A stretch of DNA of 64,000 nucleotides from an uncultured delta proteobacterium (GTDB lineage Bacteria > Desulfobacterota > Binatia > UBA9968): the NCBI GenBank assembly GCA_963727625.1, contig CAVSHR010000002.1, forward strand, positions 1 to 64,000, written 5' to 3'. Below the pieces are notes generated by a model. That model ran no database searches. It saw only the letters and a program-made list of their open reading frames with translations, and was not told the origin of the DNA. Numbering within the stretch: position 1 is the first letter of the stretch; each line of letters begins with the position of its first letter. Below are positions 40,782 to 50,300 of the stretch, one piece after another. Both the position numbers and the translations under genes were made by a program.

Positions 40782-42233
40782 CTACAAGACTTCTATTCTT
40801 AGATTGCCGATCAGTTGCAGGATGTCGATCTGGCGGTCGATTTCGCCCTCGAGAAATTTCACATGGGTGACGTCGGCGGGGAACTGATTCAAGGCCGAGT
40901 CGAGGGACACCCAGTCGCCGAGCCAGATCTCGGACCAGGCGTGATAGTAAAACGCGCCGCGCAAATAGACCACGCCAACGACGGTTTTGGCGGGAATGCC
41001 GGCGGCGCGGGCCAGAGCGTTGAACAGCACCGTGTGTTCGTTACAATCACCTTTTTTGGTCCGCAGCACCTCAAGGGCGTTGGGGATGCTCACGGTCGGC
41101 TCTTTGGCGATTTCTTTGTACACCCAATCTTTGATTTTCAGCGCGGCCCTCAGTGCGTTGGTTTCACCATGCAAAATTTGCGCGCTGAGCGCGCGGATGC
41201 TCGGGTGATCCGACTGCAGGAAGGGGGTCGGCTGCAAGTAGGATTGCAAACGCGCTTGCTTGATCGGAATCTTGTACGCGCTGACTTGCCTTAGTTCTTC
41301 GCGGTGGATTTCCAATCGATCGCCGTCGAGGCGCTGGCGGCCGCCGGTGAGCTGGAAGTTGCCGAGATGGATGCCGCTGAGTCTTAACCGGATCGCTTGT
41401 TTCGCCAGCGCATCCGGGATCGGCGTTGCCACCGGGATGGCGGTTTGAGCGACGATATCCAAAGACACGCCGCGCGAAGGCAGATTCTTGGCCTCCTCCG
41501 AGCTCTGGCGTAGGAGCGACAAACCGGCGGGAGACTCTTCCTTGAGTGTGCGGCCCTGCCCGTCGACCCAGGAAAGCACCGAGATGCCGCGAAAGCTTTG
41601 GCGCAACTTGATCGCCGGTTCGGTGTGATCACCGATGCGGATCTGCTCCCGGCCTTCGATGACGACCGTGGTGACTTGCTGTGAAAGCGTGGAGGGGTCG
41701 AAAGTCGAAAAAAAGAATTTCTTGCCGGTCTCCAATTGCTGGGTGACGACGTAGGGTTTGAGCGCCGCGAGCAGATAGGGTGCTTGAGTCAAGGCAATCT
41801 CCCGCTTGGACTCGTTACCTGCGGAATCGACTTCTAACACGAGTTTGCCTTCGTGCACCGCGCCACGCGCGCCGAAGCGGATATCTTTTGAGGCGAGCTC
41901 GAAGTCGAATCGTTCCAAGATCCAGTCTTCGTTGGCGTCCATCTCGAGGCGCGTCCTGGCCGGCTGAACGGAGCCGAGCAGGTTTAGATTCAAGACCGAC
42001 TGGTCGCGCAGAGTGTAGCCTTTGGGCCTGGGCGTGATGGTTTGCGAGGCGTAGCCGATTTTTTCGCCGCGGTAAAAAATCCCCCACCACTCCTCAATGT
42101 TCTCGGAGATCTTCTCGGTGCCGCGCAGGGTGATGACCGGCGGCGGCGCGGCGATCTGGCGCTTGACGAGCAGAACGTTCATCGCGCACCAGAAAAGCAC
42201 GATGACGACGCCGATGGATTGCTTAGCGAGCAT
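40782..42233 (-). CDS. transglutaminase-like domain protein
   Basis: GDCNEH, YHAWSE, WVSLD (Cys-His-Asp); N-terminal anchor. Confidence 0.87.
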   Translation of the reverse strand: MLAKQSIGVVIVLFWCAMNVLLVKRQIAAPPPVITLRGTEKISENIEEWWGIFYRGEKIGYASQTITPRPKGYTLRDQSVLNLNLLGSVQPARTRLEMDANEDWILERFDFELASKDIRFGARGAVHEGKLVLEVDSAGNESKREIALTQAPYLLAALKPYVVTQQLETGKKFFFSTFDPSTLSQQVTTVVIEGREQIRIGDHTEPAIKLRQSFRGISVLSWVDGQGRTLKEESPAGLSLLRQSSEEAKNLPSRGVSLDIVAQTAIPVATPIPDALAKQAIRLRLSGIHLGNFQLTGGRQRLDGDRLEIHREELRQVSAYKIPIKQARLQSYLQPTPFLQSDHPSIRALSAQILHGETNALRAALKIKDWVYKEIAKEPTVSIPNALEVLRTKKGDCNEHTVLFNALARAAGIPAKTVVGVVYLRGAFYYHAWSEIWLGDWVSLDSALNQFPADVTHVKFLEGEIDRQIDILQLIGNLRIEVL

Positions 42234-42369
42234 GCGGTAGAGAATATATGGTAAAGGCTTAGATCGGCGGGATCAATTGAAGAAGAGAAAATAATTGGGC
42301 GATAAGGATTTCATGCGGGAATTTGCGCCGGGGCCCTTCCAGCTCATGGCGAGGAAGGACTTGGATTTT

Positions 42370-42445
42370 GCACCGCGGAGGCGCAGAGTCCGCATCGAGA
42401 CGTTGACATGAGACTCTGCGATCTCTGGGTCTACTCTGTGGTGAA
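42370..42445. repeat. palindromic intergenic repeat
   Basis: CACCGCGGAGGCGCAGAG..CTCTGCG..CTCTGTGGTG. Confidence 0.55.
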
Positions 42446-42478
42446 TCCGCCTTCACGGTAAGCCTGGAAGAACCACGA

Positions 42479-42952
42479 TTGGAAACCACCGCACCGGAAA
42501 TAAAATTTGCCGCGGATCGGATGCTCGGCAGGCTGGCGAAGTGGCTCCGTGTCCTAGGACAGGATGTCATCTACGGTCAGCATTTGACCGGCTATGGTTT
42601 GATCCGCGCCGCACGGGCCGAATGCCGTTTGATTCTGACTCGCGACCGGCGCTTGAAGCAAAAACAGCCGCCGCCGTTTATTCTTATCGACAGCGATCAC
42701 TATCGCGAGCAAGTGCGCCAGGTGATCGAAACCTGTCAGCTTACGATCGGCGCCGCGATTTTTACCCGTTGCGTCGATTGCAATGCATTATTGCAGCCCA
42801 AGGCCAAAGAAACCGTGGAGACGTTGGTTCCGCCCTACGTTTTTGCCACCCAGGAGACATTTTTCCGGTGCCCGGTCTGCCGAAAGGTTTATTGGCCCGC
42901 CACGCATCATAAAAGAATGCTGGAACAGTTGAAGCAAATGGGCGTCCGGTGA
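42479..42952 (+). CDS. Mut7-C RNase (PIN-like + zinc ribbon) domain protein
   Basis: DRMLGRLAKWLR.LG.D, LTRD, RC..CN, C..C.KVYW. Confidence 0.9.
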   Translation: METTAPEIKFAADRMLGRLAKWLRVLGQDVIYGQHLTGYGLIRAARAECRLILTRDRRLKQKQPPPFILIDSDHYREQVRQVIETCQLTIGAAIFTRCVDCNALLQPKAKETVETLVPPYVFATQETFFRCPVCRKVYWPATHHKRMLEQLKQMGVR

Positions 42953-43005
42953 CCTAGAAATTCGCTTTTTTGTGTGTTAAAAACTCAGGCTGTCGTTAAA
43001 TTGTT

Positions 43006-43342
43006 TCCCCGGTAGCTCAGTCGGTAGAGCAGTTGGCTGTAAATATTTAGAGTTGCAGCTTTCCGTCGTGAGGCGGAATGAAAAATCGGGTGAATTCAGG
43101 GGAGCCTAAGGAAGAAGTTCGCTTCTTCGATGGTAATCCTGAGCGAAGCCTGCCGAATGGGGAGTTAGTAGGCAGGAACGTGCAGAGACTAGAGGTTGAG
43201 GACCCCATCCAATAAGACCTCGTCAGCGCCCGACACCCGTCACGAGTTCGTGCTCCGGGTGATGAGATAGTCCAAGCCTGGTAGAAATGCCAGGGCACTT
43301 GTAACCAATTGGTCGGGGGTTCGAGTCCCTCCCGGGGAGCCA
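43006..43342 (+). tRNA. tRNA-Asn(GTT), interrupted by a group I intron (exons 43006-43040 and 43302-43342)
   Basis: Joined exons give a 76-nt cloverleaf TCCCCGG..GTTGG-CTGTTAA-CCAAT..TTCGAGT..CCGGGGA-G-CCA. Confidence 0.95.
43041..43301 (+). ncRNA. group I self-splicing intron (IC3-like, no homing endonuclease)
   Basis: P1 with U.G at the splice site; P3 TCGGGTG/CGCCCGA; P/Q elements; P7 GACTA/TAGTC; GNRA-capped P2 and P9; terminal G. Confidence 0.92.
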
Positions 43343-43349
43343 GCTTTTA

Positions 43350-43385
43350 ACTCCGCTTCGGTGATTACTCTCACCGAAGCGGAGT
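43350..43385 (+). terminator. 15-bp perfect hairpin after the tRNA
   Basis: ACTCCGCTTCGGTGA-ttactc-TCACCGAAGCGGAGT; no U-tract on +. Confidence 0.45.
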
Positions 43386-43433
43386 CCGCCAAGTCAATTC
43401 TGATCATGCGCCAGAGCGGCAGGAGGTCTTCCG

Positions 43434-45659
43434 ATGGCATCTTCGAAACAAATCGTAGGTAATCCAACTCCGAGAGTCGAAGGCGAGCTGAAGGTCAGCG
43501 GCGAGGCGAAATACGCGGTGGACGTGACTCTGCCGGGCATGTCGTGGGGCAAGCTGCTGCGCAGCCCGATCGCCTCAGCAAAGATCAAATCCATCGACAC
43601 AAGCAAGGCGGCGGCTCTGCCGGGTGTGCACGCGATCGTCACCGGGCAGGATTGCGCGGGACTGAAAATCGGCCGGCGACTTTATGACATGCCGATCCTC
43701 GCCGACGGCGAAGTTCGATTCATCGGCGAAAAAGTCGCGGCGGTAGCGGCCGAAAGCGAGGAGATCGCCGAAGAGGCGGTCAATTTGATCGAGGTCGAAT
43801 ACGAAGAAACCGAGCCGTTGCTTGATCCCGTCGAAGCGCTCAAGCCGGGGGCGAAGCTTCTCCATCCCGATGTCATGAACTACAAGGGTTTGCCCAAACC
43901 GCTCAAGGAGCCGACCAACGATTTTGTCTACGTCACCTGGGGCAAGGGCGATGTCGAGGCCGGCTTCCGCCAAGCGGATGTGATCGTCGAAAATACTTTC
44001 ACCACGCCGGTCGTGCATCAGAGCTACATCGAGCCGCATTCCTGCGTGGTTAGCGCGGCGGCCGACGGCTCGGCGGAGTTTTGGTCGTGCAGCAAGGTGC
44101 CCTATGGTGTCCGCGATCAAGTCGCCAACGCGCTCCAGCTGCCGCAGGAAAAGCTCAACTTCAATCCCGTGTATATCGGCGGCGACTTCGGCGGTAAGGG
44201 CGATTTCATGGATCTCGCCGTAGTTTATCTGCTGTCCAAGAAAGCCGGACGGCCGGTAAAATTAGTGATGGATTACGAAGAAGAGTTTGTCGCGGGCAAT
44301 CCGCGCCACGCTTCGATTATCCACGTCAAAACCGGTGTAAAGAAAGACGGTACGCTGGTGGCACACCGGATGAGCTTCATTTTCGACAGTGGCGCCTACG
44401 GCGCGTTCAAGCCCAACGCTTTTCTCAACGGCCCGCACCTGTCCGCCGGGCCATACAAGATTCCTTACGTATTCATCGAAGAGCATATGGTTTACACCAA
44501 TAAGATTCCCTGCGGCCATATGCGCTCGCCGGGCGATCCCCAAGGCTTTTTTGCCAACGAGAGCCAGATGGACATGATCGCGAAACGGTTGGGCATGGAT
44601 CCGATCAAGCTGCGCCAGAAAAATTTCATGCACGACGGCGACATCGATCCGACCGGTGAGGAGTACAGCTATATTAAAACCGACGAGACTCTTAAAAAGG
44701 CGCTGGGCGATTCCGGCTACGAAAAACCCAAGGCGAAAAACGTTGGGCGCGGTGTCGCGTTGGTCCAGTGGACGCCCGCCGGGGGCATCGGAACGGTGGC
44801 GATCTCGCTCGATGAAAAAGGCGAGGCGACGATTTCTTCCGCCATGGCCGATCAAGGGGCGGGCACTTACACGGTGCTCAGCGAAATCGTCGCCGAGGAA
44901 CTTAAAATTCCTTTAAGCCAGATCAAAATTCACCAACTCGACACGCAGAAAGGCGTGAAAGACACCGGCGTCGGCGGCAGCCGGGCGACGCGGGTCTACG
45001 GTAATGCCGGTTACGCTGCGGCACTGAAGGCTGTCGATGCGATCAAGCAGGCGGCGGCGAGCCAAATGGGCGTGGCGGCGGATCAAATCACGCTCGCCAA
45101 GGGTGGGGCGCTGCACCCGCGTATGGAGCGGCGCTTGACCTATGGCGAGATCGTCAAAGCCAACGGTGGGCCGATCCGGGTGGATGCGACATTTAATGAT
45201 ACTTCCAAGATTCACGCGGCGTCCATGTGCGTCCAGGTGGCGGAAGTGGAAGTCGATCCGCAAACCGGACAGGTCGAGCTCAAGAAATTCACCTCGACGC
45301 ACAACACCGGCACGGTGCTTAACCCGCTGATGCATCAGGGGCAGATCGAAGGCGCCAGCATGACCGGCATCGGCTATACGCTGATGGAAGAGGTCGTCAT
45401 TAGCGACGGTAAAGTCGCCACGACTCACTTCGGCGAGTACAAGATCCCGACGATCAAGGACGTTCCGATGTTTAAGGGTTCCGTTACGGAAGAGCCGCAG
45501 GGCGCGGGCCCTTATGACAGCATGCCGATCGGCGAGACCGGCAATATTCCCACGGCGGCGGCCATCGCCAATGCGGTGGAGGACGCCTGCGGCGTGCGGA
45601 TCAAGAGCCTGCCGATCACGGCGGAAAAGATTTACCAAGCGCTGCACGGCGCCAAGTGA
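43434..45659 (+). CDS. xanthine dehydrogenase family molybdopterin-binding subunit
   Basis: GGDFGGK, MRSPG, GQIEG, YKIPT, IGE. Confidence 0.93.
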   Translation: MASSKQIVGNPTPRVEGELKVSGEAKYAVDVTLPGMSWGKLLRSPIASAKIKSIDTSKAAALPGVHAIVTGQDCAGLKIGRRLYDMPILADGEVRFIGEKVAAVAAESEEIAEEAVNLIEVEYEETEPLLDPVEALKPGAKLLHPDVMNYKGLPKPLKEPTNDFVYVTWGKGDVEAGFRQADVIVENTFTTPVVHQSYIEPHSCVVSAAADGSAEFWSCSKVPYGVRDQVANALQLPQEKLNFNPVYIGGDFGGKGDFMDLAVVYLLSKKAGRPVKLVMDYEEEFVAGNPRHASIIHVKTGVKKDGTLVAHRMSFIFDSGAYGAFKPNAFLNGPHLSAGPYKIPYVFIEEHMVYTNKIPCGHMRSPGDPQGFFANESQMDMIAKRLGMDPIKLRQKNFMHDGDIDPTGEEYSYIKTDETLKKALGDSGYEKPKAKNVGRGVALVQWTPAGGIGTVAISLDEKGEATISSAMADQGAGTYTVLSEIVAEELKIPLSQIKIHQLDTQKGVKDTGVGGSRATRVYGNAGYAAALKAVDAIKQAAASQMGVAADQITLAKGGALHPRMERRLTYGEIVKANGGPIRVDATFNDTSKIHAASMCVQVAEVEVDPQTGQVELKKFTSTHNTGTVLNPLMHQGQIEGASMTGIGYTLMEEVVISDGKVATTHFGEYKIPTIKDVPMFKGSVTEEPQGAGPYDSMPIGETGNIPTAAAIANAVEDACGVRIKSLPITAEKIYQALHGAK

Positions 45660-45662
45660 TGC

Positions 45663-46211
45663 ATGTCCACGGTTCCGGGAACCATCGATCTCGGAAAGTT
45701 TCGGGTCGTTTATGAAGAAGAGCGGCAGCGGCCGTCCGACGGCACGGACGGCTACCTGTTGCAGCAGCGCGCGATCATTCGTTTAAACGAAGCGTTGGTG
45801 AAACTCGAGCAGGCCGAAGACTACACGGTTTACTGCGACGACGAGAGCTTCAAAAAGCGGGCGGGCAAACGGCCTTCGCCTTTGCAGTACTTCATCGCGT
45901 CCATCGGCTTTTGCATGTTCAGCCAGTTCAAGCGATTGGCAGCCAAATCGGAGGTCGGGTTGGAGGACCTCGAGATGGATCTGCGCATGACCTACGACTT
46001 GAGCGGCAAGTTCCCGATCAAAGATTTTTCCGACGCGGCCCAAGGGATCAGCTATGTTTTCAAAATTGCAAGCCAGTCGCCGCTCGATAAAGTCATCAAG
46101 GTGGCGCAAGCCGCCGACAAGGGCTGCCACACGGTCAATTCCATGCGCAAGCGCATGCCGGTGGCCGGGAAAATCATACTGAACGATCGGGAGTACGCGA
46201 TCGTCGATTGA
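45663..46211 (+). CDS. OsmC/Ohr-like protein
   Basis: PSPLQYFIASIGFC ... GCHTVNS two-Cys pattern. Confidence 0.75.
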   Translation: MSTVPGTIDLGKFRVVYEEERQRPSDGTDGYLLQQRAIIRLNEALVKLEQAEDYTVYCDDESFKKRAGKRPSPLQYFIASIGFCMFSQFKRLAAKSEVGLEDLEMDLRMTYDLSGKFPIKDFSDAAQGISYVFKIASQSPLDKVIKVAQAADKGCHTVNSMRKRMPVAGKIILNDREYAIVD

Positions 46212-46267
46212 AGAAACGTGCACGGCACGCCGCGCCGCAGTAAATTCAATTCAGGAGCAAACCAGGA

Positions 46268-46822
46268 ATGTCCAAATTGGCAGTTGGCGATCAGTTCCCC
46301 ACAGCGACAGTCGATGACATCGATGGCGTCGCAGTCGATTTTCCCGCCATTTTCACCAGAGCGCCGTCGACGGTGATTTTCTTCTATCGTGGCCGCTGGT
46401 GACCCTGGTGCCGGGCCCAGGTGACGGCCTTTGTCTACGAATGGGAAAGATACCTCGAAGGAAAAGTGCAAATCCTCGGCGTCAGCGTCGAGCCTCCTAA
46501 AGAAGGCAAGAAGCTTCTCGAGCGCGTCACCCGCGACTGCCGGGAAGACCGGCCGCATATTCCGCTGGACCCCTATCCGGTGCGACTCCTCACCGACCCC
46601 GACGCGAAATTGATTCGCGCCGTCGGCGCCGAAAACGAAGGCCACTGGGCTGGTACAATCGCAGCCCCGGTGACCTACGTCGTCGATCCTTCCGGCAAAG
46701 TGAAGTGGGCCTACGTGAGCGAAAGCGCCTCGGATCGCCCGAGCCCGGTGGCGCTCGCCAAGGCTGCGGTGTCGGTGGCCTCCGGCAAGGAGCCGCCGGA
46801 AAACTATCCAGGAAAATTCTAG
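46268..46822 (+). CDS. AhpC/TSA peroxiredoxin-like probable selenoprotein (Sec45, UxxC)
   Basis: MSKLAVGDQFP..FFYRGRW-TGA(46400)-PWCRAQ continues in frame into ORF 46421..46822; SECIS-like hairpin follows. Confidence 0.85.
46413..46430 (+). promoter_or_regulatory. putative bacterial SECIS
   Basis: GGGCC-CAGGTGAC-GGCCT starting at +11 after the TGA. Confidence 0.5.
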
Positions 46823-46943
46823 TTAGCCGCTGCTTCTTTTCCGGCTCGACTCATTTCTCCGCCTGAAAACCTTTTCGGGGCTTGTTACCGCTTTTTTTCT
46901 CACATAAGATCGCGCCTGAAATTGCTTTAGGAGCGCTCGCAAA

Positions 46944-47396
46944 ATGATTTTGGACGGTAAGATCGATCTCGATGTGCCGGCGGAGAAGGCTTGGAACTTT
47001 TTGATCGACATCAATAAGTTTTCCACCTGTCTGCCGGGTATCGACGAGGTCAAGCAGATCGACGACAAGACCTTCGACGGGATTATCTCAGCCAATGTCG
47101 GGCCGATCTCCGGGAAGTTCAATTTTCGCTCGACGATTGTCGAAAGCCGGCCGCCGGAACAGATGGTGGTGCGCACGGAGGGGACGGACACGGTGACGAA
47201 AAGCACCGTGAACGCCGATATGACGGTGGATCTGCGCCGGGTATCGGAGACCCAATCGCAGATGGATTACAAGGCCGACGTGAAGATCAAAGGACGGCTG
47301 GGGATCCTCGGCGACATGGTGTTGCGCGCGACGGCGACTTTGATTCTTCAGGAATTCACCAAGCGGCTGCATAAAGGACTTGCTGAGCCGGAGTAA
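46944..47396 (+). CDS. CoxG/SRPBCC family protein
   Basis: AWNFLID..STCLPG, VGPISGKF, GRLGILG. Confidence 0.85.
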   Translation: MILDGKIDLDVPAEKAWNFLIDINKFSTCLPGIDEVKQIDDKTFDGIISANVGPISGKFNFRSTIVESRPPEQMVVRTEGTDTVTKSTVNADMTVDLRRVSETQSQMDYKADVKIKGRLGILGDMVLRATATLILQEFTKRLHKGLAEPE

Positions 47397-47408
47397 AAAT
47401 TGGAATTT

Positions 47409-47500
47409 ATCCCGCAAAGGCGCCAAGACGCTAAGTATAATCGGAATTTGGGATTGAATTGTTTCCCGAACTTTGCGACTTTGCGCCTTGGCGGGGAAAC
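47409..47500. repeat. palindromic intergenic repeat
   Basis: CCCGCAAAGGCGCCAAG..CTTTGCGCCTTGGCGGGG. Confidence 0.6.
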
Positions 47501-47532
47501 ATCTTGAATGAGTATTGTCGCAGGAGCTTTTC

Positions 47533-49053
47533 ATGGCAGACGAAAAGTATGACGTGATCATCGTGGGTGGCGGGTCGGCAGGCTGCGTGGCGGCGACGCG
47601 GCTTACGGAAGACCCGAACCGCAGAGTGTTGCTTCTCGAAGCCGGTCCTGACCCGCAGCCGTTGCCGGAGCTGGTCGCCGACGCCTCGAAACAAACCCGA
47701 CTCCTTTTGGAGTCCGACTTTGTCGCCATGTATCCAACCCAGCGCCACCTCGACGGCAGCACCTATTACGCGTTGGCCGGGCGGATCATGGGCGGCGGCT
47801 CGTCGGTCAACGTCATGTCGGTGCTGCGGCCGCAGCGCTACGATTTGGATCAATGGGTTGCGGCGGGCAACCCGGACTGGACCTATGAGCGCTGCTTACC
47901 CTTCATGAAAAAAATCGAGTCGGACCAGGATTTTCCCGACAGTCCGATTCACGGCAAAGACGGGCCGCTGTACGTGAAGCGAAATTTTACCCTCGACATG
48001 GAGGGTGACGCGGCTCCGCCGGTCAAAGCGTTTCTCAACGCGGCCTACGCCATGGGATTGCCGCGCTGTCCTGATCTCAACGTGCCGGAACCCTATGGCG
48101 TGTGCGCCTCGCCGTATAACATCAAGGACGGCAAGCGGCAGTCCACTGTGATCGCCTATCTCAACCAAGCGCGCGGCCGCAAGAATTTGACGATTGTGGA
48201 TCAGGCGCAGGTTCTTTCGCTCAAGCTCTCGGGAAAAAAGGTGGAGGGGGTCAACTACGAGCGCGACGGCGCGACGCACCAAGTGCTGGGCGGCCAGATC
48301 CTCGTGACCTCCGGCGTGTACGGGTCGCCGCAAGTTCTCATGCTGTCCGGCATCGGCCCATCGGCGGAGCTCAAGAAGCATGGCATTTCCGTGGTGCACG
48401 AGCTCATCGGCATCGGCGAAAACTATCAGGACCATCCCGTTGTGTTTATGACCTACGAGGGCCCGAAGGAATCGAAAGTCGACTGGGTGGTGCCGCGATT
48501 CCGCCTGATCATTCGCAAAAACGCGATCAGCGAGGCGGCGAATTTTCACATCAACATGCGGCCGCCGACGGAAGTCACCGGCCTCAAGCGCATGATGCCG
48601 ATCTCGACCCATCTGCTCGAACAGCGCAACCGCGGCCGGGTTTTTCTCCAAAGCGCCGATCCGCACGATCAGCTCGGCATCGATTCCTGCATGCTCGAAC
48701 ACCCCGAAGACTTGAAGGCGATGGTGGAATCCATGCAGTTCATCGACGAGCTGGTGCGCCAGCCGCAAATCAAGGAATACTACGGCCCGATGATTCAGCC
48801 GGGCCCGGGCGAAGATTGGGGGGCATTTGCGCGCAAGACCTACGATAGCTATCACCACGGCGTCGGCACCTGCAAAATGGGGCCGGCGTCGGACCCTAAG
48901 GCGGTGGTGGACCAGAGACTGCGCGTCCATGGCATGCAAAACCTCTGGGTCGGCGATGCGTCGATCATGCCGGTGGTGAGCCGGGCCAATACCAACTTGA
49001 CGTCGATCATGATCGGCGAGCGGTTGGCGGATTTCGTCCAGGAGGTCGCGTAG
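47533..49053 (+). CDS. GMC family oxidoreductase
   Basis: GGGSAG, GGGSSVN, SPQVLMLSGIG, HGVGTCKMG, NTNLT. Confidence 0.93.
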   Translation: MADEKYDVIIVGGGSAGCVAATRLTEDPNRRVLLLEAGPDPQPLPELVADASKQTRLLLESDFVAMYPTQRHLDGSTYYALAGRIMGGGSSVNVMSVLRPQRYDLDQWVAAGNPDWTYERCLPFMKKIESDQDFPDSPIHGKDGPLYVKRNFTLDMEGDAAPPVKAFLNAAYAMGLPRCPDLNVPEPYGVCASPYNIKDGKRQSTVIAYLNQARGRKNLTIVDQAQVLSLKLSGKKVEGVNYERDGATHQVLGGQILVTSGVYGSPQVLMLSGIGPSAELKKHGISVVHELIGIGENYQDHPVVFMTYEGPKESKVDWVVPRFRLIIRKNAISEAANFHINMRPPTEVTGLKRMMPISTHLLEQRNRGRVFLQSADPHDQLGIDSCMLEHPEDLKAMVESMQFIDELVRQPQIKEYYGPMIQPGPGEDWGAFARKTYDSYHHGVGTCKMGPASDPKAVVDQRLRVHGMQNLWVGDASIMPVVSRANTNLTSIMIGERLADFVQEVA

Positions 49054-49077
49054 GGGCAATTCATGAATTGCCCCTAC
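49050..49077. repeat. GTAG-type REP palindrome
   Basis: Perfect 28-bp palindrome GTAGGGGCAATTCATGAATTGCCCCTAC. Confidence 0.8.
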
Positions 49078-49100
49078 CTTATTTTTGTACCGGAGGAGAC

Positions 49101-49610
49101 ATGCCCGAATACCCGTTAACGGCTGCGGCGATTAAAGCCGAGTTCAAGCGCGCCGGCATTCACTTCGTCGTGGCGTTGCCGGACCGCGTGACCAGCCACC
49201 ATCTGCTCAAAGGCCTGCTTGCCGACCCGGACTATCACGTCGTGCAGGTGTGCAAAGAGGACGAAGGCATATCGATCTGCAGCGGACTATATGCCGCCGG
49301 CCACAAGTCGGTGTTCATGATGCAATACACGGGGTTTTTGGACTCGATCAATGCCATACGCGGCGTCGCCGTCGAAGGCCATTTCCCGGTTTGCATGGTG
49401 GTCGGCTTGTTGGGCAAAGAGCCGGACGTCGCGCCCAGCAGCTCAAAAAAATACGGCGTTAAGATCATCGAGCCGATCCTCGACGTGATGGGCATCGGCC
49501 ATTGCCTGATCGAACGCGACGCGGACACGGGAAAGATCACTGCGGCGATCGAGAAGTCGTTCAAAGAGTCCTTGCCCTCGGCGATTCTGATCGGAAGGGA
49601 GCCACGCTGA
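49101..49610 (+). CDS. TPP-dependent decarboxylase alpha subunit (ComD-like)
   Basis: ALPD, KEDEGISICSG, MQYTG; RBS GGAGG. Confidence 0.8.
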   Translation: MPEYPLTAAAIKAEFKRAGIHFVVALPDRVTSHHLLKGLLADPDYHVVQVCKEDEGISICSGLYAAGHKSVFMMQYTGFLDSINAIRGVAVEGHFPVCMVVGLLGKEPDVAPSSSKKYGVKIIEPILDVMGIGHCLIERDADTGKITAAIEKSFKESLPSAILIGREPR

Positions 49611-49612
49611 CC

Positions 49613-50179
49613 ATGATGAAACGGGATGAGATGCTGAAAGCGTTCGTGCGCCAGCGCAAAGACGAAATCGTTGTCGCGGTGTACACGGCGGCGCAAGAGA
49701 TTACGCATATCCAGCCGAACGATTTGAATTACACGTTTGTCGGCGCGATGGGGCAGGGATCGTCGCACGCGCTGGGCCTGGCGTTGGGCCGGCCCGACAA
49801 AAAAGTCGTCGTGTTCGACGGCGACGGCAGCTTGCTGATGAATCTCGGCAGCCTGGTGACCATCGCCAATCAGGCGCCGAAGAATTATATCCACTGCCTG
49901 TGCGAAAACGGCTGCTACGAAACCAACGGGTCGGTTCCGACGCCCCGTTCCGGCCAGATTCGCTTCGCTGAACTCGCCAAGACCGCCGGCTATCGAAAGA
50001 CTTATGAAATATCCGATCTGGCCGAATGGGAGCGCGAGTTGCCCAATATTCTCAAGACCGAAGGGCCGGTCTTCGTGACACTCAAGGTCGAACCGGGCGA
50101 AGCTTATCCGGAAAATTTTCCGCGCCTCTACAGCATCGAGCATCGAGAAAAGTTTCGCCAGAAGCTGGCAAATAGTTGA
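49613..50179 (+). CDS. TPP-dependent decarboxylase beta subunit (ComE-like)
   Basis: GAMG, GDGSLLMNLG..ENG TPP-binding motif. Confidence 0.85.
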   Translation: MMKRDEMLKAFVRQRKDEIVVAVYTAAQEITHIQPNDLNYTFVGAMGQGSSHALGLALGRPDKKVVVFDGDGSLLMNLGSLVTIANQAPKNYIHCLCENGCYETNGSVPTPRSGQIRFAELAKTAGYRKTYEISDLAEWERELPNILKTEGPVFVTLKVEPGEAYPENFPRLYSIEHREKFRQKLANS

Positions 50180-50300
50180 TCGTTGGTTTTGAATTGACGA
50201 GCCGAACCGAAAGCCGCTCTAAGACCAAGCTTCCGAGCGCGGCACGCCGGTCGATCTCGATTTTCGATGACCGAGGTTCGATACCGGACGCCCGCGCTTG

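Noticed and set aside
43047-43298. 83-aa ORF within the intron as a homing endonuclease
   Set aside because: Antisense, short, and lacks LAGLIDADG/HNH/GIY-YIG motifs
43343-43433. tRNA-Asn as integration site of an island
   Set aside because: No integrase and no duplicated tRNA 3' end noticed; downstream genes look native
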